The position numbers and the translations under genes are program-made. Shown here piece after piece: positions 59,106-64,000 of a stretch of 64,000 nucleotides of DNA; positions within the stretch are counted from its first letter, which is position 1, and each line of letters starts with the position of its first letter. The notes under the pieces were generated by a model. That model was not told where the DNA came from and made no database searches. It saw nothing but the letters and a program-made list of their open reading frames with translations. The stretch comes from a bacterium HR24 (lineage in GTDB: Bacteria > Chloroflexota > Dehalococcoidia > SM23-28-2 > HRBIN24): assembly GCA_002898715.1 (NCBI GenBank), contig BEIA01000001.1:1994-65993 (forward strand), read 5' to 3'.

Positions 59106-59822
59106 ATGCGTAGGTGGGTCTTCTTCTTCCTGCTGGGGGGCATCCCGGGGCTCCTCCTGGCACTCCTGCTGGGAGCTGTCCCGGCGCCCCCCACCCTGCG
59201 GCGCCTCCTCCTGGTGGGGGGCGCCGGCCTGCTGGGCTCCCTCTTCCTGGGGGCCATAGCAGGCAACCTGGGGCTCAGGGCCACGGGGCCCGAGGACCCC
59301 ACGGCGGCCTTCGCCGCCGCCGGCGCGGTGGCCGTGGCCGGCGCAGTCGTCACCCTGGCAGTCATCACCGCCATGGCCGTCAGGGCTGCCCGCCGGCCCG
59401 GGCAGCCTGAGCAGGCCACCCCGGCTGCCCCGGTCGCCAGGGGGAGCGAGGGCGCCCAGGGCGGCCCTGCTCCTGTGGTGGCCGTGCACGGTGCCGCCCC
59501 GGAGCAGGGGGCCCGGCTGGAGGCCCTGCTCCGGCCGGTCTCGTCCCTCCTGGGCCAGCCCCTGGTGGTGGTCATCACCCCAGGGAGACCCCGGGGGTGG
59601 CACCTGGAGAAGGGCATCCTCCTCCAGGTGCCACGTCCCCAGGAGCGGCTCGTGCTTGCCGCCCTGGAGGACGCCCTCCTAGGCGGGGGCAGTGAGCGCC
59701 CTCGCCGCGAGAGGTCGCCTCGCCAGCTCCCCGAGGGAGGCGGGCCGACTGTGTCGCGCCGCCCTCGGCCCGAGGACATCGCCGCGGCCGTGGGTGGCGC
59801 CACGACGGAGGGGGAGGCATAG
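59106..59822 (+). CDS. Membrane protein, paralog B
   Basis: MRRWVFFFLLGGIPGLLLALLLGAVPAPPTLRRLLLVGGAGLLG...; near-identical to the product of 47496-48242; leader GGGGCACAAATCGAAGGGCAGGCGGAGGTGAAC upstream. Confidence 0.55.
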   Translation: MRRWVFFFLLGGIPGLLLALLLGAVPAPPTLRRLLLVGGAGLLGSLFLGAIAGNLGLRATGPEDPTAAFAAAGAVAVAGAVVTLAVITAMAVRAARRPGQPEQATPAAPVARGSEGAQGGPAPVVAVHGAAPEQGARLEALLRPVSSLLGQPLVVVITPGRPRGWHLEKGILLQVPRPQERLVLAALEDALLGGGSERPRRERSPRQLPEGGGPTVSRRPRPEDIAAAVGGATTEGEA

Positions 59823-59826
59823 CAGC

Positions 59827-61065
59827 ATGCACCCACCCCACTACCCCTCCGGCCAGGACCTGGAGCGGCTGGCCGAGAGGGCCATCGTCTTCCTCAACCG
59901 GTGGACGACCCTCGTCCCCTGCTTCTGGGGACCGTCCTCGGAGGGGAAGACCTACTTCGTGCGGGCCATGGCCGCACGCCTGGGCGCCTGCTTCCTGCAC
60001 GTCATCCTCAAGAACATGAAGCCCGATGACGTGCTGGGCGCCCAGGTCCTCACCCCATCAGGTGAGCTCAGGGTCGAGCTCTCCTGGTGGGTCAAGGAGG
60101 CCATGGGCGCCGCCCAAGGGGGGCGTAAGGTCGTCGTCTTCCTGGACGAGCTGGACAAGGCCGACGACGACCTCATCGCCCCCATCCTCACCTTCCTCCG
60201 GGACCGCACCGTCTACGGCGTGGCCCTGGAGGACGAGGAGGCCATCAGGGAAGGGAAGGAGGAGCGGCGCATCTACCTCGTCGCCGCCTGTAACCCGGGC
60301 GCTTTCGACGAGGCGATGCGCTGCCGGCTCGCCTTCATCTGGTGGCCCACCGACGCTGCCGGCTACTACAGCGTGGCCGGCAGCTCGCCCCTGGCGAGGG
60401 CAGCCGTCGAGAAGGCCGCCCCGCTGCTCGCCGAACGGCGCCGGCAGGCCGAGCGGCAGCCACCCCCGATGCCGGAGTTCACCAAGGCCACGGTAGACGC
60501 CCTCCGGCGGGGGGAGCAAGAGCTGCTACGCATGGCCCGCGACGAGCGCTGCTTCATCCTCTCCCTCCTCATGCCGCCCTCCCTCGCCGAGGCGGTGGAG
60601 GAGGAGATGGCCCACCGGCAGGAGCAGCCGCCGCTGGACCTGCTGGTGGAGCAACCCCAGGAGCTGGCGAGGCTCCTTGCCCGCCTGGAGCTGCCCGAGT
60701 TCGTGGCCACCGCCGCCTCGGCCCTCGGGCATGCCCTGAAGGTGGGCAAGAGGGAGGCACTCCCGGCCATCACCGCCGCCATCTACCGCGGCGCCCTCGC
60801 CCCCGTCGCCGCGGGCGGCAAGGATGCCGGCGCGCGGCGCGAGGCGCTGGAGCGTCTATCGGCCTGGATGGCCGAGCGGCCCGACAAGGAGCCGCTGGGG
60901 GAGCTGGTGGCCGACGCCCTCTCCCGGCTCGGAGGCGAGGCCTTCTTTGAAGCCCTCGCCAGGGACGGGCTGCTCCGCCTCCAGGAGGACGGCAGCCTCG
61001 GCGGCGAGCTGGTGGAGCTCCTGCAGGCCCTGCAGGAGCCCGTCCAGGGGGCGCTCATCCCATGA
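59827..61065 (+). CDS. MoxR/CobS-like AAA+ ATPase (AAA_5)
   Basis: Walker A GPSSEGKTYFVRAMAARLG, Walker B VVVFLDELDKADDDLIAPILTFL; followed by a VWA/metallopeptidase partner. Confidence 0.7.
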   Translation: MHPPHYPSGQDLERLAERAIVFLNRWTTLVPCFWGPSSEGKTYFVRAMAARLGACFLHVILKNMKPDDVLGAQVLTPSGELRVELSWWVKEAMGAAQGGRKVVVFLDELDKADDDLIAPILTFLRDRTVYGVALEDEEAIREGKEERRIYLVAACNPGAFDEAMRCRLAFIWWPTDAAGYYSVAGSSPLARAAVEKAAPLLAERRRQAERQPPPMPEFTKATVDALRRGEQELLRMARDERCFILSLLMPPSLAEAVEEEMAHRQEQPPLDLLVEQPQELARLLARLELPEFVATAASALGHALKVGKREALPAITAAIYRGALAPVAAGGKDAGARREALERLSAWMAERPDKEPLGELVADALSRLGGEAFFEALARDGLLRLQEDGSLGGELVELLQALQEPVQGALIP

Positions 61066-62393
61066 GCCACCCCCTCCTGGGCAAGGTCTTGGCTGCCCTG
61101 CCGCCGGCCCTGGCGGGCCTCTTCGAGACGGGCCTCCTCGCCATCGAGATACGCGACGGCCCCGAGGCCCGCCGGCCCTACGCCATGACCGTCTACCGGC
61201 GGGGCAGCTACACGTTCGCCATCGTCCTCGACGCCCACGCGGTGGCAGTGGCGTCGAGGACGGCCCTGCAGGCCATCGTCCGGCACGAGGTGGGCCACAT
61301 CGTCCTGGGCCACTTCGGGCCGGAGCACGAGGCCTGCCACCTCCCCTGCAACACCCTCGCCGAGGAGGCGGAGGTCAACGGCTTCCTCTCCCGGGAGGAG
61401 CGGGAGGCGGTGGCCGACGCCTGCACGGTCCTCGCCCTCAGGAGCCTCGCGAGGCGCCTCGGGCCGGCCATCGCCATGCTCCTTGCGGGCGCCGGCTTCA
61501 GGGCGAAGGTCGTGGACCCGGACGAGGTGCGGGCCATGGCCGGCCTCTCGCCTGACCTGCCGCCCCGTTGGAGGTGGCTCCATCCCCTCCTGCACCCTAT
61601 GCCGTCCGATCGGGAGCTGCCGGGTCTGGACGCCCACGGGGCGGGCGGCCCAGGCGCAGGGGTCGGGGCAGGAGAAGGGGACCACCTGGGCGAGGGCTAC
61701 CCCTGCGGAGGCGTCCAGGTGGAGGAGGGCGCCACGGAGGAGGCCGCCGGCGTGGCGGCAGCCCTTGCCGCCTCGCCCAGGGCGCAGGCAGCGCTGGAGG
61801 GACAGGGCCTGCGCGGATGGGGCAGCGGGGCGGGCAGCGCGACCATGGAGTGGCGCCCTCCCCTCCTGCCGCGCTGGGCACAGGAGGTGCTGGAGTGGGC
61901 ACGCAAGCTCGCCCACCGCACCTGGGCCCTCCGCCGCATCCGCCACCGGCCCCGCATCGACTTCCTGCGAGCCACCGGCCTCTACCGCCCCGACCGGGGC
62001 TACGACCGGGTGCGGGCCGGAGGGGAGGTGGTCTTCGTGGTGGACGCCTCGAGATCCATGGTCCAGGACGTCCACTATGCCCACCCGGCCATAAGCTTCC
62101 TCCTCCACCAGGGCATCACCGTCAGGTTCATCTGCGGCGATGTGCAGGTGGAGGTGGACACGCTCTTGCGGCCGGGAGATGAGATCCCCGCCCCCAAGGG
62201 GTGCGGGGGCACCGATATCTGCCCGCTCATGGAGCGGGCAGCCTCCTACCGGCCACACGGGATATGCGTCTACACCGATGCCGCCATCCCGCGCTGGCCA
62301 CCCCAGCCCGAGGGGGCAGAGGTCCTCTGGGTCGTCCCGGAGGGCATCACGCCCCCTTACGGGCAGGCCGTCCACTGGCGGCCGGAGAGCTAG
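61062..62393 (+). CDS. Putative metallopeptidase (HExxH, DUF2201-like) fused to a VWA-like domain (MoxR partner)
   Basis: HEVGHIVLGH zincin-like motif in the N-terminal half; C-terminal VWA-like block VVFVVDASRSM ... GGTDICPLM; ATGA overlap with the upstream ATPase. Confidence 0.6.
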   Translation: MSHPLLGKVLAALPPALAGLFETGLLAIEIRDGPEARRPYAMTVYRRGSYTFAIVLDAHAVAVASRTALQAIVRHEVGHIVLGHFGPEHEACHLPCNTLAEEAEVNGFLSREEREAVADACTVLALRSLARRLGPAIAMLLAGAGFRAKVVDPDEVRAMAGLSPDLPPRWRWLHPLLHPMPSDRELPGLDAHGAGGPGAGVGAGEGDHLGEGYPCGGVQVEEGATEEAAGVAAALAASPRAQAALEGQGLRGWGSGAGSATMEWRPPLLPRWAQEVLEWARKLAHRTWALRRIRHRPRIDFLRATGLYRPDRGYDRVRAGGEVVFVVDASRSMVQDVHYAHPAISFLLHQGITVRFICGDVQVEVDTLLRPGDEIPAPKGCGGTDICPLMERAASYRPHGICVYTDAAIPRWPPQPEGAEVLWVVPEGITPPYGQAVHWRPES

Positions 62394-62414
62394 GGAACTA
62401 CAGGAGGTGAGAGG

Positions 62415-62954
62415 ATGAGGTCAGAACTCCCCCTCCCCCAACAGGTGTGGGAGGCCCTCTATGGCCTCGCGGCCGAGGCCCGGCGGCAGGTGGAGAAGGA
62501 CGGGGGGATGAACCCCATCGTCGTGGCCATCGGCCGCGAGCAGGCCATCGTGATGGAGGCCAGTCACTGGGACGAGGCCTCCAAGCACGAGACCATGCGC
62601 ACCGCCGGGGCCATAGCGGCCCGCATCTCGCCCATGGCCGTGGCCCTGGTAGCCGACATTTACTACCTCGCCCTCACCCCCTCGGAGGGGGCGGCCGACT
62701 TCCCTCCCTCCCTCGCCGACGACCCGCGGTCGGTGGAGGCGGTGTGCCTGGCCGTGGTCGACCGGCGGGGGAACAGCTTCGTGCGCCTCTGGCCCTACCG
62801 GCGAGAGGTGCACGGGCTGGATGTGAGGACCGTCTGGCTGGACGAGGGAGAGGTCGGCCACCCGCCCCAGGACGCAGGGAGCATCGTCTCCCCCGTCGTG
62901 GCCAGCTTCTGGCAGGGGGTGGACGAGGCAACGCCCCCGCCTCATCAGGGATGA
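62415..62954 (+). CDS. Hypothetical protein
   Basis: 179 aa; GGAGGTGAGAGG RBS; no motifs. Confidence 0.35.
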   Translation: MRSELPLPQQVWEALYGLAAEARRQVEKDGGMNPIVVAIGREQAIVMEASHWDEASKHETMRTAGAIAARISPMAVALVADIYYLALTPSEGAADFPPSLADDPRSVEAVCLAVVDRRGNSFVRLWPYRREVHGLDVRTVWLDEGEVGHPPQDAGSIVSPVVASFWQGVDEATPPPHQG

Positions 62955-63247
62955 TGGCGGGACCTCCTGCCCCCTCCCACCTCGTCACCGAGGCCCTCGC
63001 CCTAGGGGCACGCCCCCGCCTCCAGATCTCCCTCAGGGAGACCTCAGACCCGGAGGGGGACCTGGCGCGGGCGCGTCCCCTCTTCCGCCTCCTCCAGTCC
63101 CACCCCGGCAAGGACGCCGTGGTGGTGACGGTCCATACGGCAGACGGCAGGAGGCGTCAGGTCCTCTTCCGCTGCTGCGTGGACAAAGATCTACTCTCAG
63201 CCATCGCGGCGGTCATGCGCCGCGACAAACAGGGGGTGAGAGCTTAG
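62951..63247 (+). CDS. Hypothetical protein
   Basis: 98 aa from MMAGPP, overlapping the previous stop by 4 nt. Confidence 0.3.
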   Translation: MMAGPPAPSHLVTEALALGARPRLQISLRETSDPEGDLARARPLFRLLQSHPGKDAVVVTVHTADGRRRQVLFRCCVDKDLLSAIAAVMRRDKQGVRA

Positions 63248-63443
63248 CTGCCCCGAGCGCTAGATAGCAGGCAAGACATCCCAGTGCAGGCGCCAGACCA
63301 GTGCATGACAAGCTAGTACAGCAAACGCCACCCCAAGGCACCCCGTGCCCCGATGACACGGCAGCCACATACCAGTTGAGGCCACGACCGTTCAGGCTAG
63401 CTCACCATACGCTACAAGCTTGCAACCACAGGAGGTGAGACGC

Positions 63444-64000
63444 ATGCGCAAGGATGCCTTGCAGGACCTCAAAGACTTCCTCTTCCGCAAGATCGCCGAC
63501 CTGGGCTGGGCGCCCCAGGAGCAACTGGCCCGCCTTGCCCAGAAAGAGATGGGCGCCGATGCCCTCTCGGTCCACCAGGCCCTCCGCTTCCTGGTCCGCC
63601 AGGACTACGTCACCCTCAAGGAGGGGCCCGATGGCCAGAAGGGCTACGAGGTGCTGCCACCCTCCACCTCTCAGAAGGGCCGCCAGGGGACCAGGTATGG
63701 CCAGTGGTCGCCCATCACGGTGGTCACGGCTACCTTTATCACGCACTCCCTGGCGCCCATGACCAGGCCGGGGGACGACACCCACTTCTTCTTCCCGCGC
63801 ATCCCCGACGGTCGCATCATCATCCCCCGCGCCAACATTATCGCCATGCTCAAGCGGGCATGGCTCCTCCTCGACAAGGAGGACGGCGTGGCCCAGGCAG
63901 CCCTCAAGCGCTGGGACGTCTACCCCGTCCTCTTCCCCCAGGACGCGGCCGCCGAGACGGTGGTCAGGCGCGTGGTGCGGCCCGACGGCCGCACCACCGA
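63444..64000 (+). CDS. Hypothetical protein, 3'-partial (runs off the window); not in the ORF track
   Basis: ATG at 63444 preceded by AGGAGGTGAGACGC; open frame with no stop to 64000 (MRKDALQDLKDFLFRKIADLGWAPQEQLARLAQ...). Confidence 0.4.
   Translation, partial: MRKDALQDLKDFLFRKIADLGWAPQEQLARLAQKEMGADALSVHQALRFLVRQDYVTLKEGPDGQKGYEVLPPSTSQKGRQGTRYGQWSPITVVTATFITHSLAPMTRPGDDTHFFFPRIPDGRIIIPRANIIAMLKRAWLLLDKEDGVAQAALKRWDVYPVLFPQDAAAETVVRRVVRPDGRTT

Overview
This is a high-GC (~70%) bacterial sequence, probably from a Chloroflexi- or Actinobacteria-like monoderm. The first ~6.2 kb is ordinary chromosome. It carries a CIRCE operator followed by hrcA-grpE-dnaK, a MenA-like prenyltransferase gene, a convergent yceI, a tRNA-Arg(CCT) and an iscA/erpA-type Fe-S carrier gene. 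Everything downstream of the tRNA, from ~6.3 kb to the window end at 64 kb, looks like one large mosaic mobile element integrated at that tRNA. It runs off the window, so its right end (attR) is not visible.

What the element contains, in order:
- An IS-scarred left junction: a truncated EVE-like host gene, a broken DDE transposase and a frameshifted IS110 transposase.
- A tyrosine integrase, an XRE-type HTH regulator and a divergent excisionase-like HTH gene.
- A phage-like replication/recombination set: an ERF/RecT-like protein, an AAA_25 RepA-like ATPase followed by a cluster of CAACACTT iterons, an Hfq-like Sm protein, and a DnaG-type primase further downstream.
- A MmeI-like Type IIG restriction-modification enzyme divergent from a DinG-like helicase.
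- A Tad/Flp-like secretion operon (cpaE-cpaF-tadB-tadC), then a coiled-coil protein, a Cys-rich protein, a LysM-M23 peptidase and a UvrD-like helicase.
- A complete Gram-positive (FATA-type) conjugative T4SS module on the minus strand: Replic_Relax protein, VirD4-like coupling protein, VirB4 ATPase, VirB6-like and VirB2-like membrane proteins, a TcpC-like secreted protein and an SLT+M23 cell-wall hydrolase.
- A ParM/ParR actin-type partition cassette flanked by TTTGACCC-containing repeat arrays (a parC-like centromere).
- A RelE/ParE toxin-antitoxin pair.
- About 2 kb of GC-rich, hairpin- and repeat-dense non-coding sequence.
- A plus-strand block with a MoxR AAA+ / zinc-ribbon / VWA triad, a CCA-adding tRNA nucleotidyltransferase, a second MoxR + DUF2201-metallopeptidase-VWA pair, and two paralogous membrane-protein genes ~11.6 kb apart that share a conserved ~35-bp leader.

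Most noteworthy: the co-occurrence of a Tad-like machine and a FATA T4SS in a single integrative element; the MoxR/Zn-ribbon/VWA + CCA-enzyme cluster, a candidate NTP-dependent conflict or tRNA-repair system; and the repeat-rich non-coding regions. Product names rest on motif recognition only. No database searches were run.
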